Assembly: GCA_050633305.1 (NCBI GenBank)
Contig: JBOEGF010000018.1
Span: forward strand, 768,001-832,000
Direction: 5' to 3'
DNA: 64,000 bases
Origin: Nannocystales bacterium
GTDB taxonomy: Bacteria; Myxococcota_A; Polyangia; Nannocystales; Nannocystaceae
Below are positions 1-10,429 of this stretch, piece by piece. The notes beneath the pieces are model-generated. The model did no database searches, had not been told where the DNA came from, and worked only from the letters and a program-made list of their open reading frames with translations. Position numbers and translations under genes: made by a program. The stretch's first letter is position 1. Each line of letters starts with the position of its first letter.

Positions 1-348
1 GATGTCGCGGTTCCCATTCTCATCGACGATCCCCTCGTACGCCTGCATGTGCGCGTCGAGGATGTTGAGGATGAGGCTCTCCCGAATGGCTTTGTTGTCC
101 GCGGACTCATCGATGAGGTTCAGAAGTCGCGAGAAGACGTCAGCCGCCCGCTTGTACTCCTTCTGCTCCATGTGCTCCTGGCCTTCACCGTACATGCGAC
201 CGATCTCCTCTTGGCTGGGCGCGGCAAGGGCGACCGAGGGAACCGAAGTGCCAATGAGGGCAGAGGCCACGACCAGCGCGCCCAGGCGCTGCTGAAGGCG
301 CCGGACCAGGAGGCGGTCAGCGACACGGGAGTGGGCGGGGGTTGCCAT
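1..348 (-). CDS. Exported protein, probably TPR-like helical (3' end runs off the window)
   Basis: Read by hand from ATG at 348: MATPAHSRVADRLLVRRLQQRLGALVVASALIGTSVPSVALAAPSQEEIGRMYGEGQEHMEQKEYKRAADVFSRLL...; signal-peptide-like N-terminus ending ALA, open to base 1. Confidence 0.6.
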   Translation of the reverse strand, partial: MATPAHSRVADRLLVRRLQQRLGALVVASALIGTSVPSVALAAPSQEEIGRMYGEGQEHMEQKEYKRAADVFSRLLNLIDESADNKAIRESLILNILDAHMQAYEGIVDENGNRDI

Positions 349-411
349 GGCGTGGAGTCTCACCAAAGTGACGCAGCACGTCAAACAAACACCCGGTCCA
401 CCGGCGTGTGA

Positions 412-2760
412 TCAACTGGACAGTCGGGCAGCGGCCGCGGGATCGACCAAACAGAGCTGCTCGAACGCCTCATTCGCCCCTTCATGCTTCGCCCCGGCCT
501 TGTTTGCCGCGCGGATACTCCGCACCAGGCCCTCTAGGCATCGGGACGCGAGGTCCGGCTCCCAGGACAGGAAGCCCCTGGCTGCCATCTCTCGCTCGAG
601 CCCGGCAAACATGCCGCGCGCCAGCTTCGGTTGGGCGGCACCGAGGCAGATCTCCGCCAGCATGAGCTGGCGAACGAAACGGGAGCGGGGGGTGGAGGCT
701 TCGTCGATGCGGACCCGGGCGAGCTTGATCGCATCACCGGGTTTGGCCGCCATCTGGCCTCGGACATCGCTCATCGCCGCTTTGTCCTCGCCCTCGCCCC
801 CTCCGCCTCCATCCCCGCCCTCGGACGGGGAGAGCGTGGCCAGCCAAGCCTTGGTCTGGTCGTCCGCCAGAGGGGAACCGTCCCCCGCAGTGTAGTCCAC
901 CAGCTCTGGCATCCGCCGCAGCAGCGTCGAGACCTCCCCTGCGAGGGCAGCCCGAGCGGGCGCGTAGGCGTCCCCGAGCTGCTCGAGGGCCTGGTCGCTC
1001 ATCCGGTTGAGGTCGAGCAGGAACCGAAACTGGCCGATCGCCGACTCGGTCTCTTCGAGGAGCGCCTTCCACTTGGAGTTGGCCGCGAGCGTTTCGAACT
1101 GCTTGCGCCGGTTCGCGGGCAGCGGGGGGATCTGGGTCTTCCCGCCCGCGTCGGCCGGCGGCGCCTTGTGGAGGTGCAGCCACAGGCCGGCGCGGACCAG
1201 GCGATACGCGGTGGGCGAGGAGTCGTCGGCCCGACGGAGCAGGCCACCGGCTTTGGCCAGCCCCCGCCCGGTCTCGAGCAGGAACTTGCTGACCTCCTCG
1301 GCACTCCCGACGTCCGTGGTGGTCGCGGGCATTGCCGCGGTCACCCGGGCGGCAGGTGGGGCTGCCTGGGGCGCCGCTGGGGTCGGGGCGGCTGGTTTGG
1401 GTTCTGGCTTTGGCTGCGGTTTGGGTTCTGCCTTCGGCTGCGGCTTGGGGACCGCCATCAGCATCCGCGTCATCCGGTCGGTCATCGGGGACGTCGGCGG
1501 TGAGTGGTCCTCCAGTCGGCTGCGCATCGTGCTGGACAGCGCCTTGACCACCTTCTCCAAGAGCACGACCGTGTCTCGATCGCTAGGCTGCAGCTTCTCG
1601 AGGCCAAGCGCCGGCTCGAGTTGGTCGACGAGCCAGCCGACTGCGTTGCCTCGACCCCGGGGTCGGGTCGGGAACACGCCTTCGTGGTGCTGCTCCAGCA
1701 GTTGCTCGAGGACGGTCAGCCCCAGCGGCAGCTCCTTGAGTCCGCGCTCCTTGTAGCGAGCGAAGGCGAAGTACGAAGCCATCAGCAGGTCCTTCGCCTT
1801 GGTCTTGAGGATGTCGCCCGCGAGCTGCTCGACTTTCTTCCAGTCAGGGTCGCCACCCGTCGGGGCCTCGAGCTGAGCGATCTCGGCTCGTGCTTCCGAG
1901 TACGACTCGTCGTACCGAGCATCCTCGCCACACGGCGTCGTCTCGGAGATTGGCCTGACCCACGCCTCGGCCTCCGCGCGGATGGTCTCGAGCGGGTCGG
2001 TGGGGGCTGGTGCAGGGGCGGCCGATTCCGAAGGGGCGGATACCGGTGCTGGTGGCTCGGCTGCTGCTGGGACGGCGGCGGGTGCTGGCTGCTCAGGCGT
2101 GGGGGCCTCGGGGGCCTGGGGGGTCTCGGGGGCAGCGGGGGACGCAGATGCAACGGGGGGAGGCGGCTCGGGGGCAGCACTGGGCTCCGGTGGAGCCTCG
2201 GGCAACTTGAGCTTGATCCGGGTGAGCGCCGTTTCGACACCTCCCATCGCGGGTGCATGGTCCTCGAGCTTGTCCCGGCTCTTCGAACCCAACGCCTTCC
2301 ACAGGGAGTCGACGAGGTCGATGGCGCGTCGGTCCGCCGGTTGCAGCGGCATGCTCGGCAGGGCCGCCTCCAGTCGGTCCGTCAGCCACCCCAGCGCGTT
2401 GCCGCGACCCCGGAGGCGGCGTGCGGGCGGAAACATCGTGTCCCAGTAGGTCTCGAACAGACCGTCGATCGTGGCCAGTCCCACCGCGAGGCCCGTAGGG
2501 CCCTCGGTTTTCATCATGGCGTACCCGAAGTAGCTGGCGATGAGGAGGTCCTTGCTGGCGGTCTTCAGCAGGGCCTGCGTCGTCTTGGCGACCTCTTCCC
2601 ATTCAACCTCGCCGCCGGTGGGCGAATCGAGCGAGGCCATCTGCGCACGGACTTCTTCGTAGCGGGCGTCCTGCGATGCATTCTGCCCAGCGGGCTCGGC
2701 GTCGGAGATGGGGGCGAGGAGTTCGTTGGCGCGGGACTGGACGTCTTCAGCGAGGGCCAT
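412..2760 (-). CDS. tssA: T6SS protein TssA with two tandem ImpA_N domains and a C-terminal VasJ-type region
   Basis: ImpA_N motifs twice (PIS..P.G.....D..Y...R......P......W..V......L....KDL..ASY and FP..R.RGRGNA.GWL); C-terminal AYRLVRAGLW, DGSPLAD, SWEPDLA; directly downstream of tssC. Confidence 0.9.
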   Translation of the reverse strand: MALAEDVQSRANELLAPISDAEPAGQNASQDARYEEVRAQMASLDSPTGGEVEWEEVAKTTQALLKTASKDLLIASYFGYAMMKTEGPTGLAVGLATIDGLFETYWDTMFPPARRLRGRGNALGWLTDRLEAALPSMPLQPADRRAIDLVDSLWKALGSKSRDKLEDHAPAMGGVETALTRIKLKLPEAPPEPSAAPEPPPPVASASPAAPETPQAPEAPTPEQPAPAAVPAAAEPPAPVSAPSESAAPAPAPTDPLETIRAEAEAWVRPISETTPCGEDARYDESYSEARAEIAQLEAPTGGDPDWKKVEQLAGDILKTKAKDLLMASYFAFARYKERGLKELPLGLTVLEQLLEQHHEGVFPTRPRGRGNAVGWLVDQLEPALGLEKLQPSDRDTVVLLEKVVKALSSTMRSRLEDHSPPTSPMTDRMTRMLMAVPKPQPKAEPKPQPKPEPKPAAPTPAAPQAAPPAARVTAAMPATTTDVGSAEEVSKFLLETGRGLAKAGGLLRRADDSSPTAYRLVRAGLWLHLHKAPPADAGGKTQIPPLPANRRKQFETLAANSKWKALLEETESAIGQFRFLLDLNRMSDQALEQLGDAYAPARAALAGEVSTLLRRMPELVDYTAGDGSPLADDQTKAWLATLSPSEGGDGGGGGEGEDKAAMSDVRGQMAAKPGDAIKLARVRIDEASTPRSRFVRQLMLAEICLGAAQPKLARGMFAGLEREMAARGFLSWEPDLASRCLEGLVRSIRAANKAGAKHEGANEAFEQLCLVDPAAAARLSS

Positions 2761-2908
2761 GGCAGGAACGGTCGGTCAACAAGAGCAGGGAATCGAAAAC
2801 GAAGACGCCGCAGCCCCGAATCCATCTGAGGTTCGAGACTACGGCGACGTGGGCTGGGCTGCCTATGTGTGGGGCAGGCGGGAGGTGCCGCCCAGGCGTG
2901 GCCTCGGA

Positions 2909-4393
2909 TCAGGTCTTGTCGAGCTTGCCGACCAGCGACAGCGTGAAGGATGCACCCATGTACTTGAAGTGCGGGCGCACCTTCATGTCGACCTTGTACC
3001 AACCGGCTTGGCCGGGCACGTCCTCGACGGTGATCTGCGCGGCGCGAAGCGGCTTGCGGGAACGGACGGCCGGGGCCGGGTTCTCCATGTCGGCGACGTA
3101 TTGACGGATCCAGTTGTTGAGCTCGCGCTCCAGGTCACCGCGCTCCTTCCAGGTTCCGATCTGCTCGCGCTGCATCACCTTGAGGTAGTGCGAGAGCCGC
3201 GTCGTGACGAACATGTACGGCAGCTGGGTGCCCAACCGGTAGTTGAGTTCGTTGGCCTTGCCCTCTTCGGTGTCCGCGAAGATCTTGGCTTTTTGGCACG
3301 AGTTCGCCGAGAAGAACGCAGCGTTGTTGGAGTCCTTGCGGAACGTGAGGCCGATGAAGCCCTCCTCGGACAGCTCGTACTCGCGACGCTCGGTCAGCTG
3401 AATCTCGGTGGGGATCTTGGTCTGAATCTCCCCCATCGCTTTGTACTGGTGGAGCGGAAGATCCTCGACCGCGCCGCCCGCTTGCGGGCCGATGATGTTC
3501 GGGCACCAGCGGTACTTGGCGAACGAGTCGGCGACGCGGGTGGCCATGGTCACCGAAGCGGGCCCCCACAGGTAGTTGTCGTGCTTGCCCGTGGAGTCCT
3601 CGGAGAAGTTGAACGACTTCACGGGAATGGTGTCCTGCCCGTAGGGCAGGCGCAGCAGGAAGCGCGGCATGCACAGGCCCACATAGCGTGCGTCTTCGGA
3701 CTCGCGGAACGAGTGCCACCGGGCGTACTGCGGACCCTCGAACAGGGACTTGAGGTCCTTGAGCTTGGGAAGCGGCTCGAACGACTCTTCCCCGAAGAAC
3801 TCGGGGCCCGAGTTGGCGAGGAACGGGGCGTGCGACATCGCGGCCACGGACGCGCAGCTCGTGAGGAGCTGCATGTCTTGGGGGCCGGGGCCAACGTCGA
3901 AGTTGGCGACCATGAGCCCGAACGGCTTGCCACCAAAGGTGCCGTACTCGGCGGAGTAGACGGTGCGGTACAGGCCCGACTTGGGGATCTCCGGGGAGTC
4001 CTCGAAGTCGTCCATGAGGTCCTGCTTCGAGCAGTTCAGAACCTCGAGGCGGACGTTCTCGCGGAAGTTGAACGAGTCCACCATATACTTGAGGCCGCGC
4101 CACGCGGACTCGAGCTGCTGGAACTTTTCGTGGTGCAAGACCTCGTTGATCTGGCTCGTGAGTCGCTCGTCGATCTCGGCGATCATCGAGTCGACGGCCG
4201 CTTTGTCGATGCGGCTGAACTTGCCGGAGTTCGCGATCGCCTCAGCGATGAACGCGGTGACCCCCTGCTTCGCGATGTCGTAGGTCTCTTGACCTGGGGT
4301 GACCTTGGCTTCGCTCAGCAGCTCGCTGAGGAGTGAGCCACCGGCTTCGGTCGTTGCCGCCGCGCCGCCTTCTTGTGCTTGCTCTTCGGACAT
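2909..4393 (-). CDS. tssC: T6SS contractile sheath large subunit TssC (VipB)
   Basis: FQQLESAWRGL, EYGTFGGKPFG, PRFLLRLPYG, QLPYMF, VRPHFKY motifs; ATG at 4393. Confidence 0.97.
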   Translation of the reverse strand: MSEEQAQEGGAAATTEAGGSLLSELLSEAKVTPGQETYDIAKQGVTAFIAEAIANSGKFSRIDKAAVDSMIAEIDERLTSQINEVLHHEKFQQLESAWRGLKYMVDSFNFRENVRLEVLNCSKQDLMDDFEDSPEIPKSGLYRTVYSAEYGTFGGKPFGLMVANFDVGPGPQDMQLLTSCASVAAMSHAPFLANSGPEFFGEESFEPLPKLKDLKSLFEGPQYARWHSFRESEDARYVGLCMPRFLLRLPYGQDTIPVKSFNFSEDSTGKHDNYLWGPASVTMATRVADSFAKYRWCPNIIGPQAGGAVEDLPLHQYKAMGEIQTKIPTEIQLTERREYELSEEGFIGLTFRKDSNNAAFFSANSCQKAKIFADTEEGKANELNYRLGTQLPYMFVTTRLSHYLKVMQREQIGTWKERGDLERELNNWIRQYVADMENPAPAVRSRKPLRAAQITVEDVPGQAGWYKVDMKVRPHFKYMGASFTLSLVGKLDKT

Positions 4394-4439
4394 CTTGTTT
4401 TCCAATCTGTTCGGTTCAGAAGTGACCCAAAGGGCGGGG

Positions 4440-4937
4440 TCAGCCCTCGCCGCCGTCTTTGTTGAGGCCGAGCTCGGCCATCAAAGCATCGCGCTGCTCG
4501 GGGCTTTCGAGCATCGCGGCGAGCTTCTTGCGGAACGTCGGCACGTTGCCCATCGGGGACTTGAGCGCGGTGAGGGAGTTGCGCAGATCCATGAGCTTTT
4601 GAAGCTCGGGCACCTGCTGGAGAACGCCTTCGGGGGTGAAGTCCTTGAGCGTCTTGAACTGGAGGCTGGCGGACATCTCCGAGCCTTCTTCGCCGGAGAG
4701 CTTGTCGGCAACGTTGATGTCGATGCCGAGGCCGTGCTTCTCCATGACCTCGTTGAAGTTGTCCTTGTCGATGTTGATCGGCTTGCGATCCTCAAGCTGC
4801 CGATCATCGGCACGGCCCGTGTAATCCCCAATGGCGAGGATTTTCAGGGGAAGTTCGACTTCCTCCGCTCCGTCGACTGCGGGTTTGTAGACGATGTTGA
4901 CACGCTCTTTGGGCGCAACCGATCCTTCTTTCGCCAT
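4440..4937 (-). CDS. tssB: T6SS contractile sheath small subunit TssB (VipA)
   Basis: SVAPKERVNIVY, ELPLKILAIGDYTG, IDKDNFNEVM, DFTPEGVLQQVPEL. Confidence 0.97.
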   Translation of the reverse strand: MAKEGSVAPKERVNIVYKPAVDGAEEVELPLKILAIGDYTGRADDRQLEDRKPINIDKDNFNEVMEKHGLGIDINVADKLSGEEGSEMSASLQFKTLKDFTPEGVLQQVPELQKLMDLRNSLTALKSPMGNVPTFRKKLAAMLESPEQRDALMAELGLNKDGGEG

Positions 4938-5083
4938 GACTCTTCGCTACCTTGCTTCCTAGGGGTTGAACTCGACGATCCGCACGCTAACACAGCGTGT
5001 GGAGTGAAAAAATGACAACGGGGTTCCACGGTCAGGGGCAGGCCCGGTGGCCTGGCGCCCAGGCTCCGTGGTGAGAGGGGAGG

Positions 5084-6028
5084 TCAGGGTTGAACGAGGG
5101 CCGACAACAACCCGGCCGCTGTAGGTGCGGGAGGTTCGAGGGCCTGACGTTGGGTGGAGCCGAGCGCATTGCGTCCAGCTTCGATCGCGGCCGCCGATGT
5201 GGTGCGGGTGGGCCACAGCCGGTCCGCCGCGGCGGACGGATCGGCGAGGTAGTGCAGGAGTCCCAACGGAGGGGCGCCGAGGCACAGCAGGAGTCGAGAG
5301 TCCTCGCTGGACACGTCGGTCCAGAAAAACGATGGAGGGGCGGCGTTCCAGCCCAACAAGCTCTCGGCCAGACACAGCCAAAAGGCGATCTGAACATCGT
5401 CCCCGGCATGGCACTCGACGATGATGCCGGCGTTTCCGGGGTCGCGACCGTGGCACTGCGCGCATGCGGTCCGCATCATGTTGAGCCCGTGGTAGTGCAC
5501 GCCCTGGGCGACGGGGCCGAAGAGGTGTTCGAGCAGGAGCGTGCCCGGTGTGGCGCCGAGGGCTTCGTGGGTCCAAAGCGCCGCGTCTCGGAGTTCCCCG
5601 GCACCCGGGAGGTGGAGTCCCCCGATGCGAGCGGCAAGCGTTGGTAGGTCCATGGACGCCGCGTCTGTGAGCGTTTGTGCGGCGCCGTCGAGAAAAGCAT
5701 CGAACGCCGTCGGCAAGGCGGAGAACCGCGGCATGGCCGTGTGGGTATCAATGTGTGTGTAGATGGAGAGCGGAAACGTCCGCCCGACCGTGTCGCGGCT
5801 GGGCCCGAGGGCCCCGACCAGCGCGGCTCCGGCCGGGTCGCGATACACGAACCGGATCGGAGCGGTTGGAAACGGTCGCTTTTTGGAGGCGAGGTAGTCG
5901 TTCTCTTGCTGCAGCCAGCCCTGGAACGCCTGGGTGACCGCGGAACCGCTCCCGACAGAGACGAAGTCTCCGGCCGCCGGGACCTTGCCGAAGCTACCGA
6001 TCGGGGATGAACCGGACAACCCGGTCAT
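5084..6028 (-). CDS. tagF: T6SS-associated protein TagF
   Basis: FGKVPAAGDFV and PSRDTVGRTFPL motifs; ATG at 6028 overlaps the tssM stop (ATGA). Confidence 0.88.
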   Translation of the reverse strand: MTGLSGSSPIGSFGKVPAAGDFVSVGSGSAVTQAFQGWLQQENDYLASKKRPFPTAPIRFVYRDPAGAALVGALGPSRDTVGRTFPLSIYTHIDTHTAMPRFSALPTAFDAFLDGAAQTLTDAASMDLPTLAARIGGLHLPGAGELRDAALWTHEALGATPGTLLLEHLFGPVAQGVHYHGLNMMRTACAQCHGRDPGNAGIIVECHAGDDVQIAFWLCLAESLLGWNAAPPSFFWTDVSSEDSRLLLCLGAPPLGLLHYLADPSAAADRLWPTRTTSAAAIEAGRNALGSTQRQALEPPAPTAAGLLSALVQP

Positions 6029-9000
6029 TCGGAGCATCCCTTCGTGTCGAGGAGCAGCTGCGGGGGCGGCCGCAGGTCGGCGTGGCGGAACACCTGGAGG
6101 AACTCGGTCGGGCGCTCCTGGGTCCCGAAGAACGGCGTGTCGTCTTCAGCGGCACGGAACTTGACCTTGACGACACCTGCAGACTGGTCGCGGAGGTCCC
6201 ACTTGAGCACGAAGACCGCGCTGTCCGTGGACCCTGAGATGGTGCCTTCCTCGAGCACTTCGAAGAAGCCCCAGGGACCTTTGCGTTCGAGTTGACCTCG
6301 GACCGCCTTGCTTCGCGTCTTGAGTTGGGTGCCGGGCTCGCCTTCGCCGGGCCACTGCATCGGGACAAACCGGCCCGGTCCGTTCTTGTGCTCGATCTCC
6401 TTGCCGTCGATCTCGAGCGTGGTGATTGCGGCCGCCGGGTTGTCGTCGATGAAGACGTCGAACTCGACCAGCAGGGCGCCGTTGGGGAACAAGACCCGGC
6501 TGAGGTCGTCCGCTCGCTCGAGGAACTTCACGACCGCGGGGTCGTACTTGATGGTCTCTTTCGCGCCGCGTTTCTCGAACTCGAAGGTGCCGTGCTTGCG
6601 CGGGATCCGAGAGGCGAGGGCGGTGCCGTAGTACGTCCACAGGGCGCCGGTCTCGGGGTGCAGCAGCTCCTCGAGGTCCTTGAACTTCACGTTCTTGCCG
6701 TTCTTGGAGAACGGATAGCGACCCAGCATGTCCTTCATCGGCTTGTAGACCGACTCGCAGTAGTTCTTGGCGAGCACGCCCTTGAACTCCTTGCCGACCA
6801 TGGCCTGGACCGCTTCGAATGGGGGCGGGAGCCACCGCGCGAGGGTGGGCCGCCAGCCCTTGAGATCCGACTCGTTGAGCACCGCATCGATGGTGGTGAG
6901 GCCGCCTTTGACCGCGTTCTTGAGCGACTTCGCGGAGTCCTCATCGTCGTGGTCGATCTTGGCCCGAAGCGCGTCTCGGACCGTCTTGAGTTCCTCTTGG
7001 TAGCGGTCGAGTTGAACCGGGGGCGGTGGTGGAGCGGCCTGTCCTTCGGGGACGGCGGGGACGGCTTGGTATCCGAACCCGGCGAGTCCCTCGAACGCCT
7101 TCTTCACGTCCTCCGTGGTCTTGAGCAGTGGGTTGGCGTCGTTGCCTCCGCCCTTTTTGAGCCGCTTCGCAGCCGCGGCGGCAGCTTTGCCCTTCTTGCC
7201 GCCCTTCTTCGAGGCCTGCTCCAGCGCCTTGTCGCCGAGCTCACCCGCGAGGTCGCCGGCCTTGTCCTCGGCGGTCTCCTCTTCGAGCAGCGTCGTGTGG
7301 TAGTCGAGGTTCTGGCACAGGCGCTTGAGCGGTGGCGTGGCGCCGCTGGTCAGGTCGCCGAAGACCTTCTGCGCTTCGAGCAGGTCGTCGGGCGCGACCA
7401 CGTAGATCGCGTTGATGAAGCCTTTCCACTCGCCGATGTAGTTCTCGAAGTACAGGGAACGCAGCGCGACGAGCTGGGTGTCTTTCGACTTCTTGGCTTC
7501 TTCTTCGGTCCGCCCCAAGACCCATTCGTTGCCCTGGGCGGTCTCGAGAACCGCTTCCAGGTTTCCGCGAATCTCGTTCTCCCACGAGGTCCGGGTGTAG
7601 GCCCCGCGAATGGTGCGGTTGTCGTTCTTGAGCGCTGTGTTGCTGGCGGTGACGGCGTTGAGCGTGAGGTCCTGAGTCTCGACGCCACGGAGCAGCTCAT
7701 CGAGCAGGGCCTGGGTCTGGTCGGTGCGCTTGAGGATCTTGCGGACGTCTTTGACCAGCTTGACGTTGCGCTCGAACAGCAACTTGTCAGGATGCTCGGC
7801 GAGGTTGTCGACGTACGCATCGGCGACGGCCTTCATCGTGGAGACGTCGCCGGTCAGGTTCATGCGCTCGAGGATCGCTCCCCACGAGGTTCCCAGGCGG
7901 TCGGAGAGCCACTTGCTTTGCTCTTCGTCCAGGCCCGGCTCGTCTTCACTGTACTCGCCAGACAACAGGAGGTACGTGCGCAACCGGGCCCTGTATTCCT
8001 CCTGTTCGTCGGGTTTGGGCTGGTCGGTCAGCGGGCCGTAGGTCTGCACGAACTTCTTGAGCTCGCGGACCTCGATGGTGATGAGAGGCTGGACCACCTC
8101 TTCGCGTACCGTGGTGACGTAGAGGTTCTCGACGCGGTCGGTGAAGCGGGCGCCCTGATACATGCCCATTCGCATCATCAAGGGGACGCCGTCCGACTCG
8201 TGTTCATCAAGCTCGCGCTCGATGTTGTACAGCGGCTTGATCTTATCGATCTCGATCGGATCGACGCCTGCGTGCTCGCTCTGCTTGTGTTCGTTGAGCT
8301 TCGCGATGGCGTCCTCGCCCCGACCGAGGAACTCGCGGTTTCGGTTGAACGACAGCACCGGAAGCACCGCCAGCCCAACCGACGTTGCGAACAGGGCGCC
8401 CGCGATCGCGTGGCCCATGATCGCCTGGCGCTTGACGTGCGCTGCGCTGCGCGTCGCGACGTTCTTGTCGGGGAAGATGACCTTGCCGAAGACATCGCCC
8501 AGGAAGTAGCTCTTGGCTTCGACCTGCTGCTGCGTGAAGCTCATCTGCGGCTGGACGCCGAAGGCCTCCGCCATCGAGTTCATGATGCGGTCGATCGGGC
8601 TGCCCTCTTGGGTGCCCGAGGTGAAGTACGACCCGCGGAAGATCGGCGACTCGGTGTAGATGCTGTCGGCCATGAGCTCGCCGACAAACATCGACAGGTT
8701 CTCTCGCAGCGGCTCAAAGTACTGCGGGAACGTGAAAATCTTGTCCTTGGCCGCGTCCGCGCGCTCTTCGGCAAGGCGTCGCATCGCGCGGCGCTCGACC
8801 ACTTGGGTCAGCTCGCCGAAGTGGTCGTCGAACAGCGCGGCGGGTTTGTCCTTCGTGGACACCGGGACTGTGAAGCCCCAGATCTGGCTGCGTTCTTTCT
8901 GGCCCAGGTCCGAGAACATGTCGACGAAGCCAGGCAGGAGGTCGCACTTGGTGAACAGGACGTACACGGGCACGACCATCTCCAGCTTCCCCATGACCTC

Positions 9001-9681
9001 GTCGACACGGGCGCGAATCTCTCGCGCTCGGGCCAAGACGTCGTCGGGGCTGCTCTCGGAGAGGTCTGTCAGCGCGATGGCCACAAGCACACCGTTGACC
9101 GGTCGCTTGGGGCGGTTGCGCTTGAGCAGGTCCAAGAAGCCCATCCACTCCTCGCGGTCGGCTTCTTCGGTGGTGTAGCGGCCAGCGGTGTCGAGAATGA
9201 CGGCCTCGTTGGTCATCCACCACTGACAGTTTCGCGTGCCGCCCACGCCCTGAACGGCGCCCGCGGAGTACGGGAAGCGCAGGCCCGAGTTGCGAAGTGC
9301 GGTGCTCTTGCCGGCGCCAGGAGGGCCGATGATCATGTACCAGGGCAGGGCGTACAGCGCATCGGCGCCCTTCTTGTTGCCGCCAAGCTTGGAGGTCTTC
9401 AGGGCCGCGACGGCCTTGAGGAACTCGTTTTGCATCGCGTCGACCTCGGCCTTGAGGTCGGGGCGGGCGCTCGCAGATTGGGCTGCGGCCTGGGCCGCAA
9501 GCGCCTTCTCGATCTCGCGAGCCGCCTTCTTGGCCCGCAGGATTTTGACGAGGACGACCGTGATGAGGATCGCGACGATGACCGCCGTGGCGACGATCGC
9601 GATCCACATGGGGAACTCGAGCAGCAGGACGACGGCCCAGACGGCTCCGATGAGCAGCGCACTGAAGATGTACTTGAGCAT
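6025..9681 (-). CDS. tssM: T6SS membrane subunit TssM (IcmF)
   Basis: N-terminal TM helices, LPWYMIIGPPGAGKST (Walker A), DTAGRY, FRGSYFTSGTQEG, further TM and a large periplasmic domain. Confidence 0.96.
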   Translation of the reverse strand: MLKYIFSALLIGAVWAVVLLLEFPMWIAIVATAVIVAILITVVLVKILRAKKAAREIEKALAAQAAAQSASARPDLKAEVDAMQNEFLKAVAALKTSKLGGNKKGADALYALPWYMIIGPPGAGKSTALRNSGLRFPYSAGAVQGVGGTRNCQWWMTNEAVILDTAGRYTTEEADREEWMGFLDLLKRNRPKRPVNGVLVAIALTDLSESSPDDVLARAREIRARVDEVMGKLEMVVPVYVLFTKCDLLPGFVDMFSDLGQKERSQIWGFTVPVSTKDKPAALFDDHFGELTQVVERRAMRRLAEERADAAKDKIFTFPQYFEPLRENLSMFVGELMADSIYTESPIFRGSYFTSGTQEGSPIDRIMNSMAEAFGVQPQMSFTQQQVEAKSYFLGDVFGKVIFPDKNVATRSAAHVKRQAIMGHAIAGALFATSVGLAVLPVLSFNRNREFLGRGEDAIAKLNEHKQSEHAGVDPIEIDKIKPLYNIERELDEHESDGVPLMMRMGMYQGARFTDRVENLYVTTVREEVVQPLITIEVRELKKFVQTYGPLTDQPKPDEQEEYRARLRTYLLLSGEYSEDEPGLDEEQSKWLSDRLGTSWGAILERMNLTGDVSTMKAVADAYVDNLAEHPDKLLFERNVKLVKDVRKILKRTDQTQALLDELLRGVETQDLTLNAVTASNTALKNDNRTIRGAYTRTSWENEIRGNLEAVLETAQGNEWVLGRTEEEAKKSKDTQLVALRSLYFENYIGEWKGFINAIYVVAPDDLLEAQKVFGDLTSGATPPLKRLCQNLDYHTTLLEEETAEDKAGDLAGELGDKALEQASKKGGKKGKAAAAAAKRLKKGGGNDANPLLKTTEDVKKAFEGLAGFGYQAVPAVPEGQAAPPPPPVQLDRYQEELKTVRDALRAKIDHDDEDSAKSLKNAVKGGLTTIDAVLNESDLKGWRPTLARWLPPPFEAVQAMVGKEFKGVLAKNYCESVYKPMKDMLGRYPFSKNGKNVKFKDLEELLHPETGALWTYYGTALASRIPRKHGTFEFEKRGAKETIKYDPAVVKFLERADDLSRVLFPNGALLVEFDVFIDDNPAAAITTLEIDGKEIEHKNGPGRFVPMQWPGEGEPGTQLKTRSKAVRGQLERKGPWGFFEVLEEGTISGSTDSAVFVLKWDLRDQSAGVVKVKFRAAEDDTPFFGTQERPTEFLQVFRHADLRPPPQLLLDTKGCSE

Positions 9682-9684
9682 GGC

Positions 9685-10389
9685 TCAGCCCTCGCCTTTC
9701 TTGGCATCCGGGGCGTCGTCGGAGGACGCGGTGACCTCGTCGATGTCGCTCGTGAAGTCGCCCGCTTGCTTGTCCAGCGCGAGACGCAACACAACGATCA
9801 GGACCAGCGAGAACAGCAGCGCGAACAGGCCCAACCACACGGTGAGGTAGCTCTGTGAGCGCCGGGTGACACGTTCGCGAGGCCGCATGTGCCGCTTGGA
9901 CAACGCTTCGGGCCGCATCGCCTGTCCCAGCGCGTCTTGGACCCGTCGCTGCACCGCCGCGAGTTGGAGCTCACCGCCGCGGATGGCGAACTTGCCCTGA
10001 AAGCCGAACACCAAGCACCAGTAGTAGACGCGCAGGGCCTCTTGCCGGCTCGGGTCGACGAGAAGATGTTCGAGCCGATTGAAGAAGTTCTCGCCGGCGA
10101 GGTTCTCCTGGAAGTAGTGGAGCTGAAGCGGGTTGCTCATCCACATGTCCCGAAGGGCGCCCGGCTTGCGCATCGCGAACTCGTCGGCAAGGGCCACGAG
10201 CGCATACATGATGTCGTGTACGTCGCGATCTTGCAGACCCGCTTGCGAGGCTGTCTGCCGCATTTGATCGACGTAGCCGCAGATCCGCTGGTGGAACATC
10301 TCCGGCGCCAACATGGCGCTGTCGTCGACGTTCTTCAGCTGGATCAGCGCGTTGATGCAGTCTTTGGTGACTGCGTAGACCCGTTCCAT
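9685..10389 (-). CDS. tssL: T6SS TssL (DotU), no OmpA extension
   Basis: YALVALADE, PLQLHYFQENLAGENFF, CLVFGFQGK, single C-terminal TM. Confidence 0.93.
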   Translation of the reverse strand: MERVYAVTKDCINALIQLKNVDDSAMLAPEMFHQRICGYVDQMRQTASQAGLQDRDVHDIMYALVALADEFAMRKPGALRDMWMSNPLQLHYFQENLAGENFFNRLEHLLVDPSRQEALRVYYWCLVFGFQGKFAIRGGELQLAAVQRRVQDALGQAMRPEALSKRHMRPRERVTRRSQSYLTVWLGLFALLFSLVLIVVLRLALDKQAGDFTSDIDEVTASSDDAPDAKKGEG

Positions 10390-10429
10390 CCTGGCGTTGC
10401 TCCCTTGGGGTGATCAGGCTCGCGGTGAA

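Noticed and set aside
2708..4336. 542-aa plus-strand ORF
   Set aside because: Antisense to the clearly identified tssC
6292..9858. 1188-aa plus-strand ORF
   Set aside because: Antisense shadow of tssM; no recognisable motifs, typical of high-GC codon bias
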